Shown piece after piece: positions 1 through 9,859 of a DNA stretch of 24,000 nt. A model generated the notes under the pieces. That model made no database searches and was not told the origin of the DNA. It saw only the letters and a program-made list of their open reading frames with translations. The stretch comes from Aquirhabdus parva (GTDB lineage Bacteria > Pseudomonadota > Gammaproteobacteria > Pseudomonadales > Moraxellaceae). Location of the stretch: contig NZ_CP031222.1 of the NCBI RefSeq assembly GCF_003351745.1, positions 454,207 through 478,206 on the forward strand, given 5' to 3'. The stretch's first letter is position 1, and the number at the start of each line of letters is the position of its first letter. The position numbers and the translations under genes were made by a program.

Positions 1-299
1 TCGCGTTCTTCTTTTGAATTCGCACGCTCAAAGCGCAAAAATACATCTTGTTGGGCTGTGGGATCTATTATTTTTGCTGGGGTGGGTGTTGGGGCTCCAT
101 CATGGGTGATCGTGACTTGCTCAGATTTATGAAACTTGTTTTCTGGAGTTTGTTGTTTTGGGGAGTCCATCGCTGTGGTTTCAATGGCAGTTTCTGGCGT
201 GGGAGGAGGGGCGGAGACGATGAACCAACTGATACCCGCACCGATCAAGAAACACAGCCCGCTGCTACAGAGCAATTGAGTCAAATTATAGTTTTTCAT
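1..299 (-). CDS. hypothetical membrane-anchored Pro/Thr-rich protein (5' part only, continues beyond left edge)
   Basis: Minus-strand ATG at 299 is preceded by AGGGA, 5 nt upstream. The frame reads MKNYNLTQLLCSSGLCFLIGAGISWFIVSAPPPTPETAIETT...RFERANSKEE and stays open to position 1. It has an N-terminal hydrophobic helix followed by a P/T-rich linker. It is absent from the ORF track because it is open-ended; the + ORF at 48..374 is its antisense shadow. Confidence 0.5.
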   Translation of the reverse strand, partial: MKNYNLTQLLCSSGLCFLIGAGISWFIVSAPPPTPETAIETTAMDSPKQQTPENKFHKSEQVTITHDGAPTPTPAKIIDPTAQQDVFLRFERANSKEER

Positions 300-428
300 T
301 ATTATCCCTGGGTGCAACGATGTCCTTCAAACTACATTATTCTATTTTTTCCACAAGAGATATCTTTTAGATAATTTCATATTGCTTTATTTAATACAAT
401 AATGTCTTCGCAGGGCACGGTTTTATGC

Positions 429-469
429 AAAAAAAAGGATGCGTTCTCCTAGAGGCATCCTTTTATTTT
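429..469. terminator. bidirectional rho-independent terminator downstream of proA
   Basis: An A-run (431-436) precedes the stem GGATGC (437-442) / GCATCC (455-460), which is followed by TTTTATTTT. It lies 18 nt after the proA stop codon. Confidence 0.6.
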
Positions 470-486
470 GAGGCTGATATAAAGTT

Positions 487-1773
487 TTACACCCGAATCT
501 GACCATCCCCAAGTACAATCCATTTCTGCGACGTCAGACCTTCAAGACCTACAGGTCCGCGGGCATGGATCTTATCGGTTGAAATACCAATCTCGGCACC
601 CAAACCATACTCAAAGCCATCAGCAAAACGGCTGGATGCATTGATCATCACCGAGCTTGAGTCAACTTCATTCAAGAAACGACGGGCTTTGCCATAGTTC
701 TCAGTCAGGATGACATCGGTATGGTGTGAACCATACTTATTAATATGAGCAATGGCTTCATCTAAGCCATCAACCACTTTAATGGCAAGAATCGGTGCAA
801 GATATTCTTCATACCAATCTTGCTCAGTCGCTGGAAGTGCATCACTCAAGATGCTACGCGTAGTTTCATCACCGCGCAATTCCACACCTTTTTCACGATA
901 CAGTGCCGCAATTTGTGGCAAGAATTCAGCCGCAACAGGTGCGTCAACCAATAAGGTTTCCATCGCATTACATACGCCATAGCGGTGGGTTTTGGAGTTC
1001 AGACAAATCGGTAAGGCTTTGACCAAGTCCGCTTGGCGCTCAACAAACACATGGCAGTTGCCATCTAAATGCTTGATCACTGGCACGCGTGCTTCACGGC
1101 TGACACGTTCGATCAAGCCCTTGCCACCACGTGGAATGATCACATCGACATAATCACTCATGGTGATCAGTAAACCGACAGCGGCACGGTCAGCGGTATT
1201 GATCACCTGCACGCTAGACTCCGGCAAGTTTGCAATCTTGAGTCCGGCCTGAATGCTCTTGGCAATCGCTTGATTTGAATTAAAAGCCTCTGAACCACCG
1301 CGCAGGATGATGGCATTGCCTGATTTTAGCGCCAGCGATGCTGCTTCTAAGGTCACATTAGGGCGTGACTCATAGATCATGCCAACCACACCCAGTGGAA
1401 CGCGCATTTTTCCTAGTTGAATACCAGAAGGGCGATAGGTCAGATCCGTGATCGCACCAATCGGGTCAACCAAGGCAATGACATCGTGCAGACCATCGAG
1501 CATGCCTTTAAAGCGTGCGGGAGTCAGTTCCAGACGATCAAGCAAAGCCGCATCAAGGTTATTTGCACGACCATTTTGCATATCAATCGCATTGGCTGCG
1601 AGGATATCGGCTTGTTGATTTTGTAATTCTTGAGAGATGGCTTGCAGCGCAGCATTTTTGCTTTGCGTTGTTGCGCCAGCAAGAATGCGTGATGCCGCGC
1701 GGGCTTGCTGGCCAAGCGTCGTCATCATCTGTTCGATGCTTTGGGTAGTGGCTTGGTGAACGGCCTGATTCAT
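487..1773 (-). CDS. proA: gamma-glutamyl phosphate reductase
   Basis: The full-length product matches the ProA aldehyde-dehydrogenase fold (e.g. [42 protein letters not shown]). The track start at 1791 is TTG; the first ATG is at 1773 (MNQAVHQ...). Confidence 0.95.
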   Translation of the reverse strand: MNQAVHQATTQSIEQMMTTLGQQARAASRILAGATTQSKNAALQAISQELQNQQADILAANAIDMQNGRANNLDAALLDRLELTPARFKGMLDGLHDVIALVDPIGAITDLTYRPSGIQLGKMRVPLGVVGMIYESRPNVTLEAASLALKSGNAIILRGGSEAFNSNQAIAKSIQAGLKIANLPESSVQVINTADRAAVGLLITMSDYVDVIIPRGGKGLIERVSREARVPVIKHLDGNCHVFVERQADLVKALPICLNSKTHRYGVCNAMETLLVDAPVAAEFLPQIAALYREKGVELRGDETTRSILSDALPATEQDWYEEYLAPILAIKVVDGLDEAIAHINKYGSHHTDVILTENYGKARRFLNEVDSSSVMINASSRFADGFEYGLGAEIGISTDKIHARGPVGLEGLTSQKWIVLGDGQIRV

Positions 1774-2047
1774 GACAAACACCCGAGACAAATTTGGAAA
1801 AATTGACTTTTAATTATAACAATTTTCGGGTAAAAAAACGTTTGTTTTACTTTGTATATTGAAATATCCGTTAAATCAGAAGTTTCCTTAAGATCACATG
1901 GTTCAGCGAGCAGATTGAGTTGGCGTTTGAGACGACGAAGTGTCCTTAGTCGGCATATTCAATCCGTTATAAATATGCTATTGTTTTCGAGATAAAGGAT
2001 CCTAGGACAAATGGATTGTCCTTTAATGGAAAATAATGGAGAGCATA

Positions 2048-3436
2048 ATGATGAATGCTATGACCAGTGTTCGTTTGAAGGATAGGCCAAATAATTTAGC
2101 TGGAAAGCAAAGTTTTATGGATAAAGTTGTGCAACACATTGATACTTTTCCATTTTATACAGAATACAATCGAGGCGCTCTCAAAGAAAGTCCCCGTGTA
2201 CATTGGATCAATGGCTGGAAGGTTGAATTTCTTGCATTTGCAAATGAAGCTACCCGTCATTTACCGCCTGTCGTGATTTTAGGTGGCGCATTTCAAAATT
2301 TTAATTCTTATAAATACTGTGTCGAGCCATTACTTGAGACAGGTTCTGTCATTCTTGTGGATTTACCCTCTCTCGGCAGTAATGATCAGGTTCATAATTT
2401 GGTCACGGGTGAGCGCTCATTGGATTTAGACATTGGTGATCTTGCTCAAATTTTAGGAGATTGGACCAATTCCGTTCATTTAAATAAAGTCTCCATGATG
2501 GGCATGTCGCTAGGTTCGGTCATTGCGGCAAACTTTGCTGCTGCACATCCAGACAAAATGTCGCGTTTGGTGCTGATGGGCGTGATGCAGCAAACCCGCA
2601 AAAGCTGGCGGATGCTGATTCAGGAAGCATGTGATTTATTACATGAAAATCGCATGGTAGAGTTTGGTCAAGCCATGGTTTTGTTTTTGGTCAATCATGC
2701 CCGAATGAAAGAAACCCGCATGTCTCCGACTGCACGGAAGCTGTTTTTTCAGCAAATGTCTAACTTTGGCCTGAATGAACGGCTGCGCTACGAGATTAAT
2801 GCTAATCGCTTGCTTCGTATCAAACATGTACCGAGTCCAAGCTGTCAAACCTTGGTGGCCACGGGTCAATATGATAGCTTTACCTTACCGCACGAAAATG
2901 CCAAGTTCGCATTAAGCTGCCCACATATGCAATTTGCCCTGATCAAAAATGCCGATCATGTGCCGCAATTGCAAAAAAGACGTGAAACTCTGGAACTCTT
3001 TACCACATTCTTACGTGGAGAACCCATTGATCAGCTCGACGGCATCATGCCGATGAGTCGTGAAGAGCTCCAACAAATGGATCGTCGCGGTGAAGAGCGG
3101 GTTAAACTGGTTGATTCGACATGTCAGATGACACACCGAACCAAAGTTGATTTTAATATGACAGTCAACGTCGTGGATCTTACGTATTTTGGTTTATTGC
3201 TTGAAGCGGGCAGTGAAGCGAATGCCGCTGCGATACTCGCTGAGCCACGTGACTTATCGATCCATTTGCCGTCTGTGGATAGCGAAGGCAATGTCTCCAC
3301 TGAAAGGCTTTCTATCGAATGTCTGATCTTTGAGCAAGTAGGTACGCAAGTGCGCGCGTTACTTAAGCATGGTAACTTTGAAACCTCAGATCGTTTGTCA
3401 GCGATGTTAACCAGTCGCGCGGTCATACGCGACTAA
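2048..3436 (+). CDS. alpha/beta-fold hydrolase with C-terminal PilZ-like domain
   Basis: The N-terminal part has hydrolase hallmarks: PPVVILGG, the nucleophile elbow GMSLGS, acid candidate GQYDSF and His candidate NADHVP. The C-terminal 121 aa (3071-3433) carry RRGEER (RxxxR) and, 22 aa later, DLTYFG (D-x-S/T-x-x-G). GGAGAG at 2038-2043 favours ATG 2048 or 2051 over the track start at 2036. Confidence 0.8.
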   Translation: MMNAMTSVRLKDRPNNLAGKQSFMDKVVQHIDTFPFYTEYNRGALKESPRVHWINGWKVEFLAFANEATRHLPPVVILGGAFQNFNSYKYCVEPLLETGSVILVDLPSLGSNDQVHNLVTGERSLDLDIGDLAQILGDWTNSVHLNKVSMMGMSLGSVIAANFAAAHPDKMSRLVLMGVMQQTRKSWRMLIQEACDLLHENRMVEFGQAMVLFLVNHARMKETRMSPTARKLFFQQMSNFGLNERLRYEINANRLLRIKHVPSPSCQTLVATGQYDSFTLPHENAKFALSCPHMQFALIKNADHVPQLQKRRETLELFTTFLRGEPIDQLDGIMPMSREELQQMDRRGEERVKLVDSTCQMTHRTKVDFNMTVNVVDLTYFGLLLEAGSEANAAAILAEPRDLSIHLPSVDSEGNVSTERLSIECLIFEQVGTQVRALLKHGNFETSDRLSAMLTSRAVIRD

Positions 3437-3456
3437 GCTATTTTCTCATCAGTTAT

Positions 3457-4338
3457 TTACGCTTTTGCTTCAATCACCCAAACCAAGTCCCCAAGGTGCT
3501 TGGTTTTTTGGTTTTCAGCATCCGAGTTTCCTACAGAGTTGCTATTTTCAAAGGCAGGTTGAAAAACTTTGATGTCAGAAAATCCAGCCTGCTTCATCGC
3601 ATCGATGATTTCTACAGGCGAGATGAAGTGAAAGGCAAATGCACTCCTTGACATGATCCTTAGCAGTTTACTGCTTTGCCAAATCAGTCTTCCTAAGCGG
3701 CGGGTAATTGGTTCGGGATAGATATCGGTCAGATAAATGCCGACTTTAAAGCGACGCAGTCCTGTTGAGAGTTGTGTCCATAAATCGTGTAGCATGTCTT
3801 TGGTAAAATAATTGACCAGCCCTTCGCTAATAATGACCAAGGGCTTGCTCTCATCAAATGTGCTCAGAAGCTGCTGAAATCCCTCACCAAATAAATCGAC
3901 GGCTTCTATGCGGGGCTGTGGGTTCTCTATCTGCATTAAAGCGCTGCGTTTGGCTGCGGCCATATCCGGTAAATCGGCTTCGACATAGACCAGATTGGGA
4001 TGTTTCTGGCGATAGCGCCAACCGCGTGGTGAAAGTCCGGTCGCAATTTCTAGTACCTGTGCATCTGGGTGCGCTGCCAGAAATCGATCCAGTTGACGAT
4101 CAATCAACTGATGTCGTTGGCGCAGGGTCGAGCGCATGCTGTCACCGATGATGAGCTCTGCCCATGATTCCAGTGGGCTGACCATCTTGGCGAGGAAGCG
4201 ACCTTTACTGCTGGCCAGTACGGGGTGTGAGATACCCTCTTGAAACCAGATATAACCCGTGTAGTGCGCTGTAAAAGAAATATGACGATGTGGGGATTCT
4301 GCCACAGGAGGCTTCTGAGGTATGGATTGTTTTGACAC
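3457..4338 (-). CDS. class I SAM-dependent methyltransferase (leucine carboxyl / O-methyltransferase-like family)
   Basis: The motif pattern ISFTAHYT ... VLEIATGLSPRGWRY ... VYVEADLPDMAAAKRSAL ... VIISEGLVNYF matches the layout of the LCM/PF04072-type family as I recall it. The start codon is GTG at 4338 and its position is uncertain, because the SD is weak and distant. Confidence 0.7.
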   Translation of the reverse strand: MSKQSIPQKPPVAESPHRHISFTAHYTGYIWFQEGISHPVLASSKGRFLAKMVSPLESWAELIIGDSMRSTLRQRHQLIDRQLDRFLAAHPDAQVLEIATGLSPRGWRYRQKHPNLVYVEADLPDMAAAKRSALMQIENPQPRIEAVDLFGEGFQQLLSTFDESKPLVIISEGLVNYFTKDMLHDLWTQLSTGLRRFKVGIYLTDIYPEPITRRLGRLIWQSSKLLRIMSRSAFAFHFISPVEIIDAMKQAGFSDIKVFQPAFENSNSVGNSDAENQKTKHLGDLVWVIEAKA

Positions 4339-4423
4339 GTTTTTTTTACCGTCCTTGGCTTAAGTCTTCATTTTGTGCACTGCACAAACATACAAATCAT
4401 GGGTGAGTGAGTATAAAGGTTTT

Positions 4424-5452
4424 TTAGGTTGCAAAACGCTCGCGAATGGCGCGTGCTTGCATGTTTGCGATTTCCCATTCATCGCCCAAGGCAATTGATC
4501 CATCGATCAGGTTTAATGTACCGAGTTTACCTCGCATTTTGGCGAGTCTTGCTTGGTTTGGCATGGGCGCATCTACCACCGCATGCAGCGCATCCAGAGC
4601 AGCTGCGCGGTCATTACACACCAGTCCCATGTCACAGCCTGCATGGAGTGCGGCAAGGATACGCGCGCCTGCACCGCCCGCCACACAAGCCGCTTGCATA
4701 GTCAGATCGTCAGAAAACAGCACGCCATCAAAACCCATTTCACCACGGACAATATCTTGCAGCCAATGCTTAGAGAAACCTGCAGGATTGGGATCGACTT
4801 GCGGGTAGATCACATGTGCGGGCATGAGGGCATCCAGTTGATCGGCGACCTCAAAAAACACGGTCATGTCTTGTGCGCGAATTTCATCCAGTGTGCGGTG
4901 ATCGACAGGAGCGGCCACATGCGAGTCGGCTTCGACTGAGCCATGACCGGGGAAGTGTTTCCCTGTCGTGGCCATGCCTGCACGGTGCATGCCTTGCATA
5001 AACGCGCGCGATAGTTGAATGACGATATCTTTATGCGCATGAAAACCGCGATCACCAATAACGTGACTGATGCCATTCACATCCAGCACGGGCGCAAAAC
5101 TAAAATCAATCCCGACCGCCAGTACTTCACTTGCCATCAGCCAACCCGCAGTTGCCGCAGCGCTGAGTGCTTCATCGGGATCAATGTCATAGAGTTGACC
5201 CAGCATGCCCATAGCCGGCAAACGGGTGAAACCATCACGCAAACGTTGTACTCGGCCGCCTTCTTGATCGACGGCGATCAGGATATCGGGGCGGACGGCA
5301 CGGATGCTATCGGTTAAGTCGCGAACTTGCTGTGGGCTTGCCACGTTGCGACCAAATAAGATCAGACCACCGACTTGCGGTTCCTTGAGTAATTGTTGAT
5401 CATCCTGTGTGAGCGTCAGCCCCGCAATATCTAACATCAGTGAGCCGATCAT
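4424..5452 (-). CDS. nagZ: beta-N-acetylhexosaminidase (GH3, peptidoglycan recycling)
   Basis: The product has KHFPGHG, the D-rich GH3 core and LMLDIAGLTLT near the N-terminus. The track ORF extends to 5521, but ATG 5452 (MIGSLMLDI) has GGAG 9 nt upstream and gives a typical length of about 342 aa. Confidence 0.9.
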   Translation of the reverse strand: MIGSLMLDIAGLTLTQDDQQLLKEPQVGGLILFGRNVASPQQVRDLTDSIRAVRPDILIAVDQEGGRVQRLRDGFTRLPAMGMLGQLYDIDPDEALSAAATAGWLMASEVLAVGIDFSFAPVLDVNGISHVIGDRGFHAHKDIVIQLSRAFMQGMHRAGMATTGKHFPGHGSVEADSHVAAPVDHRTLDEIRAQDMTVFFEVADQLDALMPAHVIYPQVDPNPAGFSKHWLQDIVRGEMGFDGVLFSDDLTMQAACVAGGAGARILAALHAGCDMGLVCNDRAAALDALHAVVDAPMPNQARLAKMRGKLGTLNLIDGSIALGDEWEIANMQARAIRERFAT

Positions 5453-5675
5453 GGCGTTGTATCTCCAAAAACCATATACATAACGATTAAAACAATTATT
5501 ATAGGGAAAGAGATACGACAATACCCGATTTTCCTACAGGTCTGCTACATTCAACAGGGATAAGTTCGTGGCAGAATTGCATTTTTAATGATTGATGTGG
5601 TAATTGATGAGCCGTTCGAATATGAACCCAGTCAAAAGCCGTTTGTTTTAACGATCAAGGACTTTGTAGATAGAT

Positions 5676-7958
5676 ATGAAACCAAAGAAAACAGAGCAAG
5701 ACGTAGCGTCAAAAGCACAAGCACAAGTAACACAAGGTTCTGGGGCACAGGTTAAGGCACGATTTACCACCAAATTGCAGACTATAGTCGGTGCAATTGC
5801 TGTAGCGAGCGCTGGATTATTCTTTTCTCAAGTGTATGGCGAGGCAACAGCCTCCGCAGTTGATAAAAGTTCGGTTACGGCGACTACAGGTGCACCGCTG
5901 GCACCGACACGTGAACAAAGTATCGTTACACGCCAGATGGCGATGTATATGGATACCCAGCATTATCTCAATATGCCTTTAGATGCCAGTGTTTCTCAGC
6001 GTGTGCTGGAAATGTATCTGGATAATCTTGATGGCGACCATGCCTTATTTCTTGCATCGGACATTGATGAGTTTCGCAAAAAATATGCGACAACCCTAGG
6101 TGCATCCATGAAGAAGGGGGATTTAACCCCCGCCTTTGCCATTCAGAAGCGCTTCACGGAGCGTTTGAAGGATTATTATCAGTATTCGCTAGATCAATTG
6201 GATCAGCCGCAAAACTTAAAGCGCACTGATAGTCTGAATATTGATCGTGAGAAAGCACCGTACTTCAACAGCACTAAAGAACAGCGCGCTTACTGGCAGC
6301 AACAGCTGGTGTCTGAGCTAATCTCGCTGACGATTTCGCAAGAAGAAGAAACCGCCAAGCAAGCCGCGTTGAAAGCCGATCCTAAATTGGCCGCAGGTCA
6401 AGACTTGAGCCCGCCAAGTGAGCTCAATCCTGTTGATACGTTAAAGAAGCGCTTTAAACGTAAACTGCAGCAAATTGATCGTATTAAAAGTGACCGCGTG
6501 CTTGAGGGATTGCTCAATGCTGCTTTAGCAACCTACGATCCGCATAGCCTTTATTTTGCCCCTGTTGAAGCGATGGAAATGAATCGCCAGACAACCCTGC
6601 AACTCGAAGGGATCGGTGTGTCGATTCGTCCAGAGCGCGGCAATGATGACTATACCCGTGTAGAAACCTTGGTGGATGGTGGTCCCGCCAGTAAGTCTGG
6701 TTTGGTTAAACCGGGTGATCGTATTGTGGGTGTCGCACAAGATGGACAACCGATGGTGGATGTGGTCGGCTGGCCGAGCAGTGAAATTGTAGGGCTGATT
6801 CGCGGTAAGCGCGGTACCAAAGTCTTGCTAAAACTACAGGCGAAAGATGCTGCCGCGCGCACCATCACCTTAACCCGTGATGTGATTCAAGAAGAAGACT
6901 CTGGTGTGCAAGATCGTGTCGTGAATGTCCAGCGTGATGGCAAGACCTATAAAATGGGCGTGCTCGACATTCCTTCGTTCTATTTGAACTATAAAGCACG
7001 CCGTGATGGCAAAAACTATCGTAGCGTCAGTGAAGATACACAAAAAGCCCTGATCGACTTAAACAGTAAGAAAGTCGATGGCCTTGTGGTTGATCTGCGC
7101 GGTGATCCAGGCGGCTCCTTAGAAGAAGTTGCTAATATGATCGGGCTATTTATTAAGCAAGGTCCTGTAGTACAGATACGTGATCGTAATGGCGCCATTA
7201 CCGCCTACCGTGATGATGATGGCGGTGCTGAGCTGTATAAAGGCCCGATGATTGTATTGGTCAACCTTGCTTCTGCATCGGCCAGTGAGATTTTTGCTGC
7301 GGCGATTCAAGATTATGACCGAGGTCTGGTTGTGGGTAGTACCACAACGGGTAAAGGAACCGCACAGGTTCAACTCGATAACTTGGCGTACGGTTTAGCA
7401 ACCTTAACCCAGCGCAAGTTCTATCGAGTATCTGGTGGCAGTACGCAGAATAAAGGTGTAGTCCCTGACATTCCTTTTGTCAGTATCTACGATGAAGATT
7501 TGGGTGAGCGTAAAGCCAAGAATCCACTCAAGTGGGATACGATTCCGACCGCACCGTTTATTCCAGAGGACAACTTGAAGCCGCTGGTTCCACAGTTGAC
7601 GGTTGCCTCTAAGGCGCGTCAAGAGGCTGATCCGCAATACGTCTATTTGTCTAAAATCAAAGAGATCAGTAAAGCGCATAAAGATCAAAAAGTATTGTCT
7701 TTAGATCTGGATGCCCGTCGTAAAGAAGTGGATGCCATTGAGGTGCAGACGCTTGCGGCTGAGAACGAGCGCCGGAGTAAGACCGGTTTAGTTCCTTATC
7801 CTAATTGGCAGACCTATCAAATCTCGCTAGATGCGCAAGCTGAAGCGCGTGCCAAGATTTCAGAAGGCAAGCGCCCACCACTTCCTGAAGAGGAAGCCTT
7901 CATCACTGAGTCCGCAAATATTCTGCTGGATCAAGTGAAGGCTAAACAAGCTAAGTAA
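5676..7958 (+). CDS. prc: tail-specific (C-terminal processing) protease, S41 family with PDZ domain
   Basis: The N-terminal signal/anchor is TIVGAIAVASAGLFFSQVYG. A PDZ-like block (GIGVSIR...VETLVDGGPASKSGLVKPGDRIVGV) and the S41 catalytic region (DLRGDPGGSL, ASASASEIFAAAIQD, TTGKGT) are both present. Confidence 0.9.
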   Translation: MKPKKTEQDVASKAQAQVTQGSGAQVKARFTTKLQTIVGAIAVASAGLFFSQVYGEATASAVDKSSVTATTGAPLAPTREQSIVTRQMAMYMDTQHYLNMPLDASVSQRVLEMYLDNLDGDHALFLASDIDEFRKKYATTLGASMKKGDLTPAFAIQKRFTERLKDYYQYSLDQLDQPQNLKRTDSLNIDREKAPYFNSTKEQRAYWQQQLVSELISLTISQEEETAKQAALKADPKLAAGQDLSPPSELNPVDTLKKRFKRKLQQIDRIKSDRVLEGLLNAALATYDPHSLYFAPVEAMEMNRQTTLQLEGIGVSIRPERGNDDYTRVETLVDGGPASKSGLVKPGDRIVGVAQDGQPMVDVVGWPSSEIVGLIRGKRGTKVLLKLQAKDAAARTITLTRDVIQEEDSGVQDRVVNVQRDGKTYKMGVLDIPSFYLNYKARRDGKNYRSVSEDTQKALIDLNSKKVDGLVVDLRGDPGGSLEEVANMIGLFIKQGPVVQIRDRNGAITAYRDDDGGAELYKGPMIVLVNLASASASEIFAAAIQDYDRGLVVGSTTTGKGTAQVQLDNLAYGLATLTQRKFYRVSGGSTQNKGVVPDIPFVSIYDEDLGERKAKNPLKWDTIPTAPFIPEDNLKPLVPQLTVASKARQEADPQYVYLSKIKEISKAHKDQKVLSLDLDARRKEVDAIEVQTLAAENERRSKTGLVPYPNWQTYQISLDAQAEARAKISEGKRPPLPEEEAFITESANILLDQVKAKQAK

Positions 7959-7981
7959 TTCTGGCAGTGTCTTCAAATCGT

Positions 7982-8011
7982 AAAAACCACTCCATATGGG
8001 GTGGTTTTTTT
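7982..8011. terminator. bidirectional rho-independent terminator (prc / small minus-strand ORF)
   Basis: AAAAACCACTCCA-TA-TGGGGTGGTTTTTTT forms a stem of about 13 bp flanked by an A-run and a T-run, sitting between convergent stop codons at 7958 and 8030. Confidence 0.8.
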
Positions 8012-8029
8012 ATGATGATGCTTAAAGAA

Positions 8030-8263
8030 TTAGGCTTCTAAAATAACGATATCATTTAATGCCCCTGATGTTGAGAAGATATAGAGCTTTCGATCATGTT
8101 GACCGATCAACATACTGCCCAAATTTAAAAAGCCCTGTTTGGTCTCACGATAATACTGCAGGATATCGGTTTTCTTGATCGGATCAGGAACTGAGTCAAA
8201 CTGACCACATATGGAATCTGGTTGAGGTAAATGGTTCGTCGTGGAAAAAAGAGTTGTGTTCAT
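8030..8263 (-). CDS. hypothetical small protein (77 aa)
   Basis: ATG at 8263 is preceded by GAGGA, 7 nt upstream, and reads MNTTLFSTTNHLPQPD...IVILEA. The longer track form (to 8428) would overlap the creD 3' end and lacks an SD. I recognise no family, so whether it is coding rests on the ORF and SD alone. Confidence 0.4.
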   Translation of the reverse strand: MNTTLFSTTNHLPQPDSICGQFDSVPDPIKKTDILQYYRETKQGFLNLGSMLIGQHDRKLYIFSTSGALNDIVILEA

Positions 8264-8369
8264 CAGGTGATCCTCACGGTGATGATCTGTTGTGTAAAAA
8301 TTGCGATGGATCAGACTGAGGCATCTCTGCGTGTGTAGAAGTGCCTCCGCCCACATTGTCATCACACGT

Positions 8370-9752
8370 TTAGTTTTCGAGACTTGCCGATGATGGCGGT
8401 TTGATTTTTGAGGCACTGTTTGATGCATTGATGTCGTACCAATCGATATGACGGGTCAGGAACATCGTGGCAGCGATCAGGCCAAATACCAATAAAGCAC
8501 CTAAGATCATGGTCATTTCTTCCGTTTGGAGGATGAGATACATTGAGCTGTACATCAGGGACAGGATGCCTGTGAGGAGTAGGGTGCGTCCGATTCCCTT
8601 GAGGACGTAATAGACGTAGTAACTAATCAAAAATACACAGGCGATACTGGACCCCAAATAAGCCAGTGCAAAACCGACATGCTCGCTAAAAGACAGCAGT
8701 AACAGATAAAACACGCCAAGTGCAGCAGCAACCAGTGTGTATTGCATCGGATGGATCGGCAGTTTTTTCAGGACTTCGAACAAGAAGAAGGTTCCGAAAG
8801 TGATCAGTAGGAACAGCATCGCGTATTTAATCGAACGATCAGAAAGCGTGTAATTGTCCACGGCTTCGATCAATTTGACCGAGAATGCGCTACTTTCTGC
8901 ATTTTTCAATGCATCACAGGCCGGGGCCTCATTTGCATTCAGGCAGGCATTTAGATGCTCGGCATTCTGATTGCTGATATAGGTATTTTGCCAAGATGCG
9001 CTAAATTGGTTGGATTGAATTTTCTTTTGTGGCAGTGACGCGCCGTAGAAGCTGGGGTGGGCCCAGTTTGCATCCATGGACATGGACATGTCTTTGCCGA
9101 CCGGAATGACTGCCAAGCTGCTCATGCCATTTAGGCTGAAATCCAGACTAAAATCAAAATGTGGGTTTTGTGCACTAAGGACAATAGGTACCTCAGTATA
9201 GGTCATGCCCAAGGGATTACTGCTATCGCCAGTAGGGAAGTCAAAAGTGAATTTTTGTCCACCGAGGGTCAGGATGGGTTGATTGGTGAGGCCGCGTAGA
9301 TCTGAAATACTCAAACGGAGTTTGGCTTTATCCCAATGAATGGTTTGATTTTGTTCAGGAGTAATTAATTGCTCCGGCAGTGAAAACTTGCCTTTGACAG
9401 AGAGATTGTCGACATAGGTAATTGCTTTATAAATGCCACGTTTGAAATTGGTATTACTGACTTGTAGTTGGTGACTCCATGCGGAGTCTTGCGGGGTCAG
9501 GAGAATGTTGTAATCAACCAGACATTTTTTTGCGATGTCTTCTTTACAGACAACCTGTAGGGTCGTTGGAACCACGATATAGGGTGCTAGGATGGTTTGT
9601 GGATTGACGTAATCCTTACCAATGCCTTGGATGACGTCTTCATTGTACTGCTGACGCTCTCTGACCAGACTGGAGAGCATCGTCAGTCCGATCATAAAGA
9701 GTAAAACCAGAAACCCGATGACCACGAACTTCGAGGTTAAGAATCGAGCCAT
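8370..9752 (-). CDS. creD: cell envelope integrity inner-membrane protein CreD
   Basis: The layout is one N-terminal TM segment, a large periplasmic region, then a C-terminal cluster of about 5 TM helices (IKYAMLFLLITFGTFFLFEV..., LLLSFSEHVGFALAYL...), which is characteristic of CreD. The track start at 9767 is GTG; ATG 9752 (MARFLTSKF) has GGGAG 8 nt upstream. Confidence 0.85.
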   Translation of the reverse strand: MARFLTSKFVVIGFLVLLFMIGLTMLSSLVRERQQYNEDVIQGIGKDYVNPQTILAPYIVVPTTLQVVCKEDIAKKCLVDYNILLTPQDSAWSHQLQVSNTNFKRGIYKAITYVDNLSVKGKFSLPEQLITPEQNQTIHWDKAKLRLSISDLRGLTNQPILTLGGQKFTFDFPTGDSSNPLGMTYTEVPIVLSAQNPHFDFSLDFSLNGMSSLAVIPVGKDMSMSMDANWAHPSFYGASLPQKKIQSNQFSASWQNTYISNQNAEHLNACLNANEAPACDALKNAESSAFSVKLIEAVDNYTLSDRSIKYAMLFLLITFGTFFLFEVLKKLPIHPMQYTLVAAALGVFYLLLLSFSEHVGFALAYLGSSIACVFLISYYVYYVLKGIGRTLLLTGILSLMYSSMYLILQTEEMTMILGALLVFGLIAATMFLTRHIDWYDINASNSASKIKPPSSASLEN

Positions 9753-9859
9753 GTTGCACACTCCCACATATAAATAAGAGTGTGCAGTGTGGAAGCTTGA
9801 TATGGGTTACTTATGAAGTGAATATGAAAGGGGTGAGGAGTTTCGATGAAGTCAGCGAC

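Noticed and set aside
48-374. 108-aa + strand ORF from the track
   Set aside because: It is rich in Trp, Cys and Gly and has no SD. It lies exactly antisense to a better minus-strand ORF (ATG 299 with AGGGA) that has a plausible membrane anchor. I treat it as a shadow ORF.
2004-2022. Hairpin AGGACAA-ATGGA-TTGTCCT followed by TTT just upstream of the hydrolase-PilZ gene, considered as an attenuator or terminator
   Set aside because: The stem is only 7 bp and the U-tract is short and interrupted. It sits about 15 nt from the SD. The evidence is too weak to call a regulatory element, although it could modestly occlude the leader.
4429-5317. Plus-strand ORFs antisense to nagZ (90-128 aa)
   Set aside because: They are antisense shadows of a G+C-rich gene whose product carries complete GH3 motifs. 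They have no SD and no recognisable product.
8264-8428. N-terminal extension of the small ORF (132-aa track version)
   Set aside because: It would overlap the creD 3' end by 59 nt. The extension is basic and low-complexity (HHRQVSKTKR) with no SD. The internal ATG at 8263 has a strong SD.
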